Source: an uncultured Verrucomicrobiae bacterium (GTDB lineage: Bacteria; Verrucomicrobiota; Verrucomicrobiia; Limisphaerales; Palsa-1400). From it: DNA of 64,000 bases. A model generated the notes under the pieces. It made no database searches. It was not told the DNA's origin and was given only the letters and a program-made list of their open reading frames with translations. Positions 48,789 through 58,246 of this stretch are shown here, piece by piece (within the stretch, counting starts at the first letter, position 1; the number at the start of each line of letters is the position of its first letter). Made by a program: the position numbers and the translations under genes. Location: positions 672,001 to 736,000 of the forward strand of contig CAVXRD010000001.1 in the NCBI GenBank assembly GCA_963764165.1, read 5' to 3'.

Positions 48789-50126
48789 TCAAGCCTCAAT
48801 CCCGTAAATCTTGATCTTGTTGTAGAGCGTCTGGCGGCCGATGCCGAGTCGCTTGGCGGTTTCGAGTTTGTTGCCGTTGGTGTCCTTCAGCATTTGCAGA
48901 ATCGCATTGCGCTCCATCGCTTCCATCAAGGTCAAATCTGGGCTTTCGGCGGCGGCGGGGACGGCGGTCACGGAAAGATCGCGCTCGGTAATTTGAGCCC
49001 CTTCGCACATCAGGACGGCGCGCTGAATTTCATTCTGCAATTGGCGCACGTTGCCGGGCCAGTCAAACGCGCGCAGCGCCTCGCTGGCCACGGGACTGAA
49101 TCCGGTCAGGTTGCGCCCGGCTTGCGCGCCGAATCGTTTCAGAAAAGCGGTCGCCAGCGGGATGATGTCCTCGCGGCGGTCGCGCAGCGGCGGCAAATGA
49201 ACGGAAATGGCGCCGATGCGATAATAAAGATCTTCGCGCAAGCGGCCGGACTTGATCGCCTCGTCCGTGGGGCGGTTGGTGGCGGCGATGATGCGGCAAT
49301 CCGTTTTGTAACTGATGCGCCCCCCGACCGGCCGAACTTCCTTTTCCTGAAGGACACGGAGCAATTTGCTCTGCGTATCAATCGGCATTTCGGAAAGCTC
49401 GTCGAGCAGCAGGGTGCCGCCTTCGGCCTGGCGAAAAAGCCCGTCGCGATCCACATTCGCGCCAGTGAAGGCGCCTTTGACCGAACCGAACAATTCGCTT
49501 TCGATCAACTCGCGAGGCAGCGCGGCGCAGTTGATTTTGATGAGCGGGCCTTTGTTGCGCGGGCTTAAGTTGTGAATCAAATCCGCAATGACTTCCTTGC
49601 CGGTGCCGCTCTCGCCGGTGATCAAGATGGAGACGTCACTCGGAGCGATGCGCTCGATGGTGCGCACCACCGCTTTCATGCCCGTGCTCTGGAACACCGG
49701 CGACGATGCGCCGCTCATGGTGTCCAGCGCCTTTCGCAGCGACGTTGTTTCCTGATTCAGCCGGCGATGCTCCATCGCGCGCTCGACGGAAAGCAGCATG
49801 AGCTTTTGATCGAAGGGCTTGGTTTGAAAATCGTAAGCGCCGCGCTTGATCGCCTCGACCGCCTTTTCGAAGGCGGCATTTCCCGTCAAGACGATCACCT
49901 GCGTATCCGGCCAGTTTTTCTTAATCTGCGGAATGAGATCCATTCCATCGCCATCCGGCAGCGCGAGGTCGAGGAGAATCACGTCCGGCTGCGTCTCGGT
50001 GAAGGCGCTCAACAACTGGGTGGCGTTTGATTTGGGGATGGCTTCGTAACCGCTTCGTTGCAAGATCGCTCCGATCAAGTCTCGCACGCCATCGGTATCA
50101 TCCACCACCATGATCTTTGCTTTCAT
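48789..50126 (-). CDS. Sigma54-dependent response regulator (NtrC family)
   Basis: Receiver domain, GESGTGKE, GAFTGA, WPGNVRQL, Fis-type HTH. Confidence 0.95.
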   Translation of the reverse strand: MKAKIMVVDDTDGVRDLIGAILQRSGYEAIPKSNATQLLSAFTETQPDVILLDLALPDGDGMDLIPQIKKNWPDTQVIVLTGNAAFEKAVEAIKRGAYDFQTKPFDQKLMLLSVERAMEHRRLNQETTSLRKALDTMSGASSPVFQSTGMKAVVRTIERIAPSDVSILITGESGTGKEVIADLIHNLSPRNKGPLIKINCAALPRELIESELFGSVKGAFTGANVDRDGLFRQAEGGTLLLDELSEMPIDTQSKLLRVLQEKEVRPVGGRISYKTDCRIIAATNRPTDEAIKSGRLREDLYYRIGAISVHLPPLRDRREDIIPLATAFLKRFGAQAGRNLTGFSPVASEALRAFDWPGNVRQLQNEIQRAVLMCEGAQITERDLSVTAVPAAAESPDLTLMEAMERNAILQMLKDTNGNKLETAKRLGIGRQTLYNKIKIYGIEA

Positions 50127-50132
50127 ACGTTT

Positions 50133-50885
50133 CTATCCGGTCTCATGAAGACATGCGGCGACGAATCGCTCAAATAATTGCCGGAAAAGCGGGTCACTGT
50201 CAATAAGCCGCTCCGGGTGAAACTGGACGGAGAGCAGGAAAGGCGAGCCCCGATCCTTCAATTCCGCCGCTTCGATGACTCCATCCGCGCTCCGCGCCAC
50301 CACGCGCAACGGCTCCGCCACGGCGCCGATGGCCTGATGGTGCGTGCTGTTCACTTCCACCGATTCCTTTCCCAGCACGCTCGCCAGCAACGAATCCGGC
50401 TCAACCCGGATTTCATGCACCGGCTCTGATTTCTTATCCGTGCGGCGATGATTCAACGCTCCAGGAATCTGCGTTCCAATATCCACCACCAGCGTTCCGC
50501 CGAGCGCCACGTTCAACATCTGATGGCCGCGGCAAATGGCCAGGAGCGGTCTCCCCTTTTGAAAAACTTCCGCGATGATTCCGGCTTCCCATTGATCGCG
50601 CTCGGGTTCGATGCCGCCCACCGTCCTGGCCAATTCCGCGGAGAGTTCCGGCGCGTAAATTTTCGGGTCAACATCCTCGCCTCCTGTCAATAATACTCCA
50701 TCACAACGCTCGACCGCATCGGCGATGACGGAACGGTCAGTGGTGGCGGGAAAAACCACCGGCAAACCGCCCGCGGCGATGACGGCGTCGGTGTAACGAT
50801 TGGAAAGGCTGATCGAGGCATCGGAAAACTCCTCGCCCTTGGCCGCCGTGCTCGGCGCAATCAAAATAATGGGGCGTCGTGACAT
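50133..50885 (-). CDS. Gamma-glutamyl-GABA hydrolase family (peptidase C26, PuuD-like)
   Basis: LLTGGEDVDP, AICRGHQ, VNSTHHQ, VQFHPE. Confidence 0.92.
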   Translation of the reverse strand: MSRRPIILIAPSTAAKGEEFSDASISLSNRYTDAVIAAGGLPVVFPATTDRSVIADAVERCDGVLLTGGEDVDPKIYAPELSAELARTVGGIEPERDQWEAGIIAEVFQKGRPLLAICRGHQMLNVALGGTLVVDIGTQIPGALNHRRTDKKSEPVHEIRVEPDSLLASVLGKESVEVNSTHHQAIGAVAEPLRVVARSADGVIEAAELKDRGSPFLLSVQFHPERLIDSDPLFRQLFERFVAACLHETG

Positions 50886-50886
50886 C

Positions 50887-51156
50887 TTAATAAGTCGTTC
50901 CCGGAAAACGCTCGGCAATGATTTTCTCGATCTTCTCCTCTTCCTCCGGGCGCAACAGGCGCCGGTTGATGCGGCGGCGAACCGAATCCAGCAGCGCGAG
51001 CCAATCCTCCGCGGGAGGCTGCTTGATTTCCTCCCAGCGATCAAAGCGCTTTTCGCGCCGGTAAAAAATCCACTGCTTGCCGACGTGCTGGGCATAGCAT
51101 TGCAGCGACACCCCTTCGGGCGTCTCGCGCGTCCAGCTTATTTCCGCTTTTGGCAT
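50887..51156 (-). CDS. Hypothetical protein
   Basis: 89-aa ORF filling the operon gap between ispF and the C26 peptidase. Confidence 0.8.
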   Translation of the reverse strand: MPKAEISWTRETPEGVSLQCYAQHVGKQWIFYRREKRFDRWEEIKQPPAEDWLALLDSVRRRINRRLLRPEEEEKIEKIIAERFPGTTY

Positions 51157-51165
51157 GTAAATGAT

Positions 51166-51651
51166 TTACGGCGATTCCGGCAAATCCACGCTGGCCACCG
51201 CCATGGCCGCGATCCCCTCGCCGCGCCCTATGAAACCCATGCATTCGTTGGTGGTTGCCTTGATGCCGATCTTTCCAGCGGAAACGCCAAGCGCTTCGGC
51301 GATGTTCACCTTCATCGCAGCGGCGTGGGGCATCAGCTTCGGTTCCTGCGCGATGATGGTTGCATCGACGTTGATGATTTTCCCGGTCTTAAACGTAACC
51401 TGCCGGGCGGCCTCTTGCAAAAAAAGTTTGCTCGCCGCCCCGCGCCAGCGCGGATCGGAATTCGGGAAGAACTGCCCGATGTCCCCCAGGCCCAAGGCTC
51501 CGAGAACCGCATCGCAAATGGCGTGCATGAGCGCATCGGCGTCTGAATGGCCGTCCAGACCCTTGGTGTGGGGAATGGCCACTCCGCCAAGGATCAGTTT
51601 TCGCCCCTCGACCAACTGATGCACATCGTATCCGATTCCAACATGAATCAT
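51166..51651 (-). CDS. ispF: 2-C-methyl-D-erythritol 2,4-cyclodiphosphate synthase
   Basis: GIGYDVH, GHSDAD, GDIGQFFP, KATTNE. Confidence 0.97.
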   Translation of the reverse strand: MIHVGIGYDVHQLVEGRKLILGGVAIPHTKGLDGHSDADALMHAICDAVLGALGLGDIGQFFPNSDPRWRGAASKLFLQEAARQVTFKTGKIINVDATIIAQEPKLMPHAAAMKVNIAEALGVSAGKIGIKATTNECMGFIGRGEGIAAMAVASVDLPESP

Positions 51652-51824
51652 AAAACGCGCGAGTATAACGTGTTCCGCAAGCAATCAAAGAGTTTCTTTT
51701 GCGCAGACCATAGTTTTCTGTCATTGGCAGAAGCAGTTTTTCCCCTATAAAGCATACAGGCGCCTCCCTGATTGCAGGAATTCATATGTCTGTTAAAGTT
51801 TTTACGTTGTTTGGGGGATATAAG

Positions 51825-51864
51825 ACCCGCCCGGTGATTGGTTGCATCGGGCGGGTTTTTCTTT
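51825..51864 (+). terminator. Intrinsic terminator
   Basis: ACCCGCCCGGTG-loop-CATCGGGCGGGT followed by TTTTCTTT. Confidence 0.75.
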
Positions 51865-51873
51865 CCTCCTTTT

Positions 51874-51957
51874 GGCAGGGCGAGACTCTGTCGAGCCGTG
51901 ATTAATTCTCGTTTCCCCAAAAAATCCAATCAGGGCTCGACAGAGTCTCGCCCTGCC
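51874..51957. repeat. REP doublet with a perfect 24-bp inverted repeat
   Basis: GGCAGGGCGAGACTCTGTCGAGCC at 51874-51897 and its reverse complement at 51934-51957. Confidence 0.85.
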
Positions 51958-52016
51958 GTTCTCAAACCGCCCTTGCCGTTCGTTCATCCAAATGTATTCT
52001 GTCCGCGTGATTTTAT

Positions 52017-53198
52017 ATGGATGCATTGACTGATATCTGGCCGCTGGATCCGAAGGTTGTTTTTCTCAATCACGGCTCATTTGGAAGCTGCCCGCTGCCG
52101 GTGCTTGAGTATCAGCGCGAATGGCGCGACCGACTGGAACGCCAGCCAGTTCGTTTCCTTGTCCGCGAATTGGAGCCGCTGATGGATCACGCCCGCGCCA
52201 CGCTTGCGGAATTCGTCGGAGCGCAACCCGAGAATCTTGTCTTTGTCAATAATGCAACCACTGGCGTCAATACAATTCTCCGCTCGCTCACCGCGGAGCC
52301 AGGCGATGAATGGCTGGTCACCGACCAGGAATACAATGCCTGCCGAAACGCATTGGAATTCGCCGCTGCGCGAGTCGGCGCGAAAGTTGTGGTGGCGCAA
52401 GTGCCGTTCCCCTTTGAAACCATCGAACAATTGATCGATCCGATTCTAGCCAAGATTACGCCGCGGACGAAACTAGCCCTGATCGACCACGTTACCAGCC
52501 AAACTGGGATGATCATGCCGGTGGAGCAGCTGGTAAAGGAATTCACGGCGCGCGAAATCGACACGCTCGTGGACGGCGCGCACGGGCCAGGAATGGTGCC
52601 TTTGCAATTGGAGAAACTGGGCGCCGCTTACTACACGGGAAATTGCCACAAATGGCTCTGCGCTCCCAAAACCGCCGCCCTGCTTTATGTCCGCCCCGAT
52701 CGGCAGCATTTGATTCACCCGCTGTCAATCAGCCACGGATTGACCACGCCGCGAACAGATCGCTCCAAATTCCTCGTCGAATTCGGATGGCCCGGGACGG
52801 CTGATCCAACACCGTGCTTAAGTGTGGTCGAGTCGCTGCGCTTCGTGGGTTCGCTCATGCCGGGCGGCTGGCCGGAAATTATGGCCCGCAACAGCGCGTT
52901 GGCGCGCGAAGGCCGGAAAATTTTGTGCGAGGCGCTCAAGGTTCCGGCTCCCTGTCCCGAGTCTTTCCTTGGTTCGATGGCTGCGGTTCCGCTGCCGGAT
53001 TCCGACCGGCGCGGCGCTTCTCCGCTGTTCATCGATCCGCTGCAGGACACATTGCTCAATCGCTATAACATTGAGGTGCCGGTCGTGCCGTGGCCCGGTT
53101 TTCCGAAACGGCTGATTCGCATTTCCGCCCAATTGTATAACAACGCTGATCAGTGGAGGCTGCTGGCCAAGGCACTGCAAGAAATCCTGGGACTATGA
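52017..53198 (+). CDS. Class V PLP-dependent enzyme (isopenicillin N epimerase / C-S lyase-like)
   Basis: FLNHGSFG, DHVTS, VDGAH, GNCHKWLCAPK, RISAQLYN. Confidence 0.9.
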   Translation: MDALTDIWPLDPKVVFLNHGSFGSCPLPVLEYQREWRDRLERQPVRFLVRELEPLMDHARATLAEFVGAQPENLVFVNNATTGVNTILRSLTAEPGDEWLVTDQEYNACRNALEFAAARVGAKVVVAQVPFPFETIEQLIDPILAKITPRTKLALIDHVTSQTGMIMPVEQLVKEFTAREIDTLVDGAHGPGMVPLQLEKLGAAYYTGNCHKWLCAPKTAALLYVRPDRQHLIHPLSISHGLTTPRTDRSKFLVEFGWPGTADPTPCLSVVESLRFVGSLMPGGWPEIMARNSALAREGRKILCEALKVPAPCPESFLGSMAAVPLPDSDRRGASPLFIDPLQDTLLNRYNIEVPVVPWPGFPKRLIRISAQLYNNADQWRLLAKALQEILGL

Positions 53199-53812
53199 TC
53201 GCGCTTCTCGATTACGGTTCGGGAAATTTACGCAGCGTGCAAAAGGCGTTGCTGAAAGTCGGCGCGGATGTGAAAGTCGTGACGAGGCCGGATGAAATCA
53301 AAGGAGCGCGAGCCATCGTGCTGCCAGGCGTCGGAGCGTTCGACGATTGCCTACACGCAATGCAGAAGCAGGAGTTGCTGGCGGCGGTGAAAGAGTTTAT
53401 CCACGGCGGCAGGCCGTTCCTAGGAATCTGCGTGGGCTATCAGGCGCTGTTTGACCGCAGTGAAGAGTTCAACAGTTGCGCGGCGGGCCTGGAAATCTTT
53501 CACGGCAAGGTCGTTCGATTCTCCGACAAAGCGGGACTGAAAGTGCCGCAGATTGGTTGGAACCAACTCAACGTCGTCCGCCCCGATTGCCCGCTTTATC
53601 GCGGCATCGCGTCGGGCAGCTATGTGTATTTCGTCCACAGCTATTTTCCGAAGCCGGAGGACAAATCAATCACCGCAACGGAAACAACCTACGGCGAGCC
53701 ATTCGCGTCCTCGGTTTGGCGCGAAAATGTTTTCGCGACGCAATTTCATCCGGAGAAAAGCCAGGGCGTGGGGTTGCAGTTGCTGAAGAATTTTATGGCG
53801 CTAAGCGCGTAA
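53195..53812 (+). CDS. hisH: Imidazole glycerol phosphate synthase subunit HisH
   Basis: DYGSGNLRSV, LPGVGAF, GICVG, YFVHSY, QFHPEKS. Confidence 0.97.
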   Translation: MIALLDYGSGNLRSVQKALLKVGADVKVVTRPDEIKGARAIVLPGVGAFDDCLHAMQKQELLAAVKEFIHGGRPFLGICVGYQALFDRSEEFNSCAAGLEIFHGKVVRFSDKAGLKVPQIGWNQLNVVRPDCPLYRGIASGSYVYFVHSYFPKPEDKSITATETTYGEPFASSVWRENVFATQFHPEKSQGVGLQLLKNFMALSA

Positions 53813-54241
53813 AGTTAGCGCCGCGACAGGCGGGGCGCCGTTGCTCTTAACGCGGGGGCATCCCACTTCTTGGACAGAATCCTCTGATCTTCAGATCTGC
53901 ATTTTGGTGAAAGCCGCGCGTTGCGCGCCGTTAACGCGCTGCCAGCTAATTTAACCTTTATTTTCCTATAAGAGTTGGCAGAATATTCTCGAAATGCGCG
54001 AACGGCTCGGTGTGATGGAAGAGCAGCCTACATGTTTACGGCCCACCTGTTAACTGCGAAAATGGCGGGCTGCGACTGGCCCCGTTTTGCCCCAGGAGAT
54101 TCGGTATTGATCTGCCTCGGCTTTTGCCTTCGTCGCGATCCGAAATCCGCACCGCAGGTCTCCTGTGGATGTCAGCAAGCCTTGAAGGCCGCCGTGCTCG
54201 GGCCGGATGGCCAGGAATTCCAAACCACGGACGATTAAGCC

Positions 54242-56146
54242 ATGTTGCGGATCACTCGCAGTTGGATATTGCTTTCGACCCTGCTGGTGGCCGATGGATG
54301 GGTTTTGTCGGCCCTGCATGCGTTGAACCGGACGGGTTACGCGTTGAGTTTCCTTCTGGCCGGCGCCTTATTCATTTTTTGGGAACGAAGGGAGCGCACG
54401 CTGAGGGGCCCAAGCCGGCTGCTTTGGCCTCGAATCAAGGCGCGTTTCGGGCGTCCCGCCCCACTGCTGTATTTAGGGTTGTTTGGCCTGGCACTCGTGG
54501 AAGGGATAATCTATCCGGAGGATGGCTCGGACGCCGCCATGTACCGCACTCCTCGGGTTTGGCACTGGCTGGCTGAAGGGCACTGGCATTGGATTCGCAC
54601 CTTCGATATCCGAATGAACATTGCCAATTGCGGGTTTGAATGGATGTCGGCTCCCCTGGCGCTGTTTTTCCACACTGACCGGCTGTTTTTTTTGATCAAC
54701 CTCATTTCCTTTGCACTGCTGCCGGGGCTGACGTTTAGCCTGCTTAGAAGTTTGGGCGTGGCGGGGCGGGTGAGTTGGTGGTGGATGTGGCTGCTGCCGG
54801 CAAGTTTTTGCTATGCGTTCCAGGCGGGCCGGCTGGCCAACGATGGTTGCGCGGCGCCTTACGCGATGGCCTCAGTCGTGTTTGGCCTGCGGGCGCAAAA
54901 AACCGGGCGGGTGGCGGACCTGGCCATCGCCATGCTGGGGACGGCGCTGGCGACGGGAATGAAGCAGACGAACTTGCCGCTGGCGCTATTGGGGCTGATT
55001 GTTGCATTGCCAGCATGGCGGATTGCAGTGCGGCGTCCCGTGCTGGTTACGGCGGCGGGGTTAGCCGCCTTGGTGGTTTCCGCGATCCCAATGATAGTGA
55101 TCAACTTGTTCCATGACGGCAATTGGGTGGGCGTGCCGCGGCATCCGGGCCCCGACTGGACGCAATGGCAGAACATCGCGGCGGCGTCGCCGCTCTGGAG
55201 CGTGTTTGGCAACCTTTTCTCGCTTCCCCTTCAGACCTTTGCGCCGCCGTTTGCCCCATTTTACCGGCATTGGAACGAGATGATGACGCGGTTTGTGCAT
55301 TCCGCGGCGGGAGCGCCGTTTTCCACTTTCGAGAGCTTTTGCAAGCTGGCGCCAGTGCTGGACGAACAAAAAGCCGCGCTGGGGTGGGGAACTGGCTCCC
55401 TGCTGTTGATTTCGCTGGCGGCAAATTGCCGAGCGCGCTTCGGCCATTCGAGCAAGGAGACCACGGCAGCGGCAGCAGTGGAAGGCTGGCAACTCGCCGC
55501 GTTGAGGTGGGCTCCTTGGGGGCTGTTGTTATTGTTCATGGCCAAGGTCACGAGTTTCGAGGCGGGACGGCAGCTTTCGCCATATTATCCATTTTTACTG
55601 CCGGCGCTGCTGGCTCCGGCAGCCAATGCCGTGCTGGTGCGGCAGCGTTGGTGGCGGGCACTGGCCTATTCGAGCATGGCGCTGGCGGGCGCTGTGCTGA
55701 TATTGCAGCCTGGCCATCCACTCTGGCCTGCGGCAACGGTGCTGCGCCCGGCAGCCCAGAAACATCCGTTCGTGCGGAATTTATACGGCCCTGCCGAGGT
55801 CTATGAGCGCCATCGGGATTTCTTTGAACACCAAATTCCAGGGGACGTCAAGGTGGTTGGATACGCCACGGGGGTTCAGTCGTTGGAACCGATGTTATGG
55901 CGGCCGTTTCAGCGCCGGGTCGAACGGGTGCTGCCGAATGATGGACTGCCGGAACTGCAGGCCCGGCACATCCAATATGTGGTGGTGGAAGACGCTTTTA
56001 TCAGGTCAACTGCCGGGTCGCTGGAGCAATTGCTGAAGCGATTCAACGGGGAACTAGCTGGGCAGGTGGAGGATTATCCCTACGGGTACAAGGCTCCGCC
56101 GGGTCATATTTATTTGATCCGGTTGTTGCCAGCCGGAGGGAAATAA
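54242..56146 (+). CDS. Polytopic membrane protein, GT-C glycosyltransferase-like
   Basis: Many TM helices, D..MYRTPRV.HW, ANDG, GMKQTNL, soluble C-terminal domain. Confidence 0.7.
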   Translation: MLRITRSWILLSTLLVADGWVLSALHALNRTGYALSFLLAGALFIFWERRERTLRGPSRLLWPRIKARFGRPAPLLYLGLFGLALVEGIIYPEDGSDAAMYRTPRVWHWLAEGHWHWIRTFDIRMNIANCGFEWMSAPLALFFHTDRLFFLINLISFALLPGLTFSLLRSLGVAGRVSWWWMWLLPASFCYAFQAGRLANDGCAAPYAMASVVFGLRAQKTGRVADLAIAMLGTALATGMKQTNLPLALLGLIVALPAWRIAVRRPVLVTAAGLAALVVSAIPMIVINLFHDGNWVGVPRHPGPDWTQWQNIAAASPLWSVFGNLFSLPLQTFAPPFAPFYRHWNEMMTRFVHSAAGAPFSTFESFCKLAPVLDEQKAALGWGTGSLLLISLAANCRARFGHSSKETTAAAAVEGWQLAALRWAPWGLLLLFMAKVTSFEAGRQLSPYYPFLLPALLAPAANAVLVRQRWWRALAYSSMALAGAVLILQPGHPLWPAATVLRPAAQKHPFVRNLYGPAEVYERHRDFFEHQIPGDVKVVGYATGVQSLEPMLWRPFQRRVERVLPNDGLPELQARHIQYVVVEDAFIRSTAGSLEQLLKRFNGELAGQVEDYPYGYKAPPGHIYLIRLLPAGGK

Positions 56147-56214
56147 AAGGGTTGATTTGCCCGACGCCCGATTTTATCCCGAATTATGGGGATGGGCGCC
56201 TCAGTGGAATTCAT

Positions 56215-56376
56215 CCTTAAAACGGCAGTTGCCCATGATCGAGATTAGCAAAAGCCTGAGCCAGAAAGCTGTGCGGAGAAAGCGAGCATATCCAACTCGG
56301 ATCTGTAAGCTTTCGACAAACAGCTTTGTGGCCAGGATCTTGCAAATATCGGTCATGGGCAACTGCCGTTTTAAGG
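56215..56376. mobile_element. 162-bp MITE with long TIRs and 5-bp TSD (IS1380-like ends)
   Basis: CCTTAAAACGGCAGTTGCCCATGA is perfectly inverted at both ends, with imperfect pairing continuing to about 58 bp. TTCAT duplicated at 56210-56214 and 56377-56381. Confidence 0.85.
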
Positions 56377-56413
56377 TTCATAGGATAGGCCGAGTGCCCG
56401 TTCGCAGGAGTGG

Positions 56414-56494
56414 TCAATCGCAGGCCAAATCGGCGCGCTCTGACGGTGGCAACAGGAGGGCTGCCTGGGTCACGGAATCCTTAGTCATCGGCAT
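56414..56494 (-). pseudogene. Truncated addiction-module antitoxin (TIGR02574-like) remnant
   Basis: MPMTKDSVTQAALLLPPSERADLACD-stop, preceded by TTGCGA-18-TACACT. Confidence 0.55.
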
Positions 56495-56541
56495 GGTCCA
56501 GTGTAACCCGAAACCATCTTCCTTCGCAAGCAAGTCGCGCG

Positions 56542-57390
56542 TCATTTCCTCACCAACGATCTCAGCGTCTTGAGATTCTCCACATCCTCGTGCAAATCAT
56601 CGGACTTAAACGTTTCAAGGCATCCAGGTGTTTTCTTGAACCGCGCATCGTTGACAATGTGGCGGAAAGCCTCGAGGCCTATCTTGCCTTTGCCGATGTG
56701 CTCGTGACGATCCACTCGCGAACCCAAATCTGTTTTTGAATCGTTCAGGTGGAAGGCGGCGATGCTTTTGCGGCCAACCAGCGCGACCAATTGCTTGATC
56801 GTTTTGTCCCAGCCCGCAGGCGTGCGAATATCAAATCCCGCCGCGAAAAGATGCGCTGTGTCAATGCAAAGGGCGAGCCGCTCGGGTGTTTCCACATGCT
56901 CGAAGATCGCGGCCAGATGCTCGAATTGATTTCCGAGCGCGCTCCCCTGCCCGGCCGTGTTTTCCAATGCAATGCGCACCTTCGAATCTTTCGTGGCGCG
57001 GATGACCTCGTTCAATCCGGTGACGATGTTGGCAAGACCCGAAGCTTCGCCCGCCCCGGTATGGGAGCCGGGATGCAAAACGAGGAAGGGCACGCCCAAC
57101 GCCCCGGCAAAATTAATTTCCTGAGTCAGGGATTCAATGGACTTCGTGCGGTTGTCCGAAGGAGCCGCGCCTAGATTAATCAAATAACCCGTGTGGCCAA
57201 AAACAGCGGTGGGTTTGACGCGCTTCCATTCCGCCTTGAACCGCGCTGCGTCCGCCTCCGACGGCGCGCGCCCAAACCACTGCATGTTATTCTTGACGAA
57301 GATTTGGATGCAATCGGCCTTGATGCGTTCCGCTCGTTCAAACGCAGTCCAAACGCCGCCGGAAGTGGAACAGTGCGCGCCGAAAATCAT
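56542..57390 (-). CDS. nfo: Endonuclease IV
   Basis: GAHCS, HTGYLINL, VLHPGS, LENTAGQG, CIDTAH, HLNDSK, DRHEHIG. Confidence 0.97.
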   Translation of the reverse strand: MIFGAHCSTSGGVWTAFERAERIKADCIQIFVKNNMQWFGRAPSEADAARFKAEWKRVKPTAVFGHTGYLINLGAAPSDNRTKSIESLTQEINFAGALGVPFLVLHPGSHTGAGEASGLANIVTGLNEVIRATKDSKVRIALENTAGQGSALGNQFEHLAAIFEHVETPERLALCIDTAHLFAAGFDIRTPAGWDKTIKQLVALVGRKSIAAFHLNDSKTDLGSRVDRHEHIGKGKIGLEAFRHIVNDARFKKTPGCLETFKSDDLHEDVENLKTLRSLVRK

Positions 57391-57510
57391 TTTGAACGAC
57401 TTTACAGCACATGAGTCGAATGCTCAATAATGGTTTGCTTCGGGTTCGCTCATTTACCTCAGGCAATATGGCTTTGAGTGAACGAACGAAGGTTTTAAAA
57501 ACAAAACAAT

Positions 57511-58245
57511 ATGCGCGCTCCTTTGATTCTCCTTGCGGCGATCGGCGCAATGCTTTTTGGCGGCTGTGCCTCTTATATCCCGCCGAGTGGCAGGGCGAAT
57601 CTCTCTACCATCACCAGTTCCAGCATGAGAGAGAGTTTCGCGGCGAAACCGGCGGCCGGCTTTCCGGCCGGAATCGCGGCGGTGCATGTCCAGGCGTCCC
57701 ATTACCGAAGCTACCAAACAGACACCGAAGGCGGAGTTTATGGAGAAGGCCGGTATTCCGTGATCACCACGAAGGAGGCAGAGAATAATGCCGATTTGGA
57801 CCGGTTGGCCCACTTGCCAGGCATCGGCGGTCTGATCTCCATCAGCACGCTTCTGCTGCCTTCGAAGCTGGAGTCGGATCGCGATTTGCGCGAAGCCGCC
57901 GCCAAGCTCAAGGCCGACATGGTGTTGCTTTATACATTTGACACGTCGTTCCACAATGAAGATGCCTCGGTTGCTCTCGCCGTCGTCTCGCTCGGGCTCT
58001 CGCCCACACGCCATGTCTCTGTCCAAGTTGCGGCGTCAGCGCTGCTGATAGACACTCGAACGGGCTTCATCTACGCCGCATTGGAGTCGAACGAGAAGCG
58101 ACGGGTTCTTTCCAACGCCTGGGAATCACGCGAATCTGCTGATCGCGCCCGGCGCGACGCGGAGAAAGCCGCATTTAAGAACTTGGCAGCCGAGTTCGAA
58201 AAGAATTGGCCGCAAGTTGTCGAGCGTGCCAAGAAAGGCGCTTAG
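57511..58245 (+). CDS. Lipoprotein of unknown function
   Basis: Lipobox LFGGC, LREAAAKLKADMVLLY, ALLIDTRTG. Confidence 0.8.
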   Translation: MRAPLILLAAIGAMLFGGCASYIPPSGRANLSTITSSSMRESFAAKPAAGFPAGIAAVHVQASHYRSYQTDTEGGVYGEGRYSVITTKEAENNADLDRLAHLPGIGGLISISTLLLPSKLESDRDLREAAAKLKADMVLLYTFDTSFHNEDASVALAVVSLGLSPTRHVSVQVAASALLIDTRTGFIYAALESNEKRRVLSNAWESRESADRARRDAEKAAFKNLAAEFEKNWPQVVERAKKGA

Positions 58246-58246
58246 C

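Noticed and set aside
53813..54241. Short Cys-rich ORFs and small palindromes upstream of the GT-C gene
   Set aside because: No consistent frame, family motif or convincing RNA structure.
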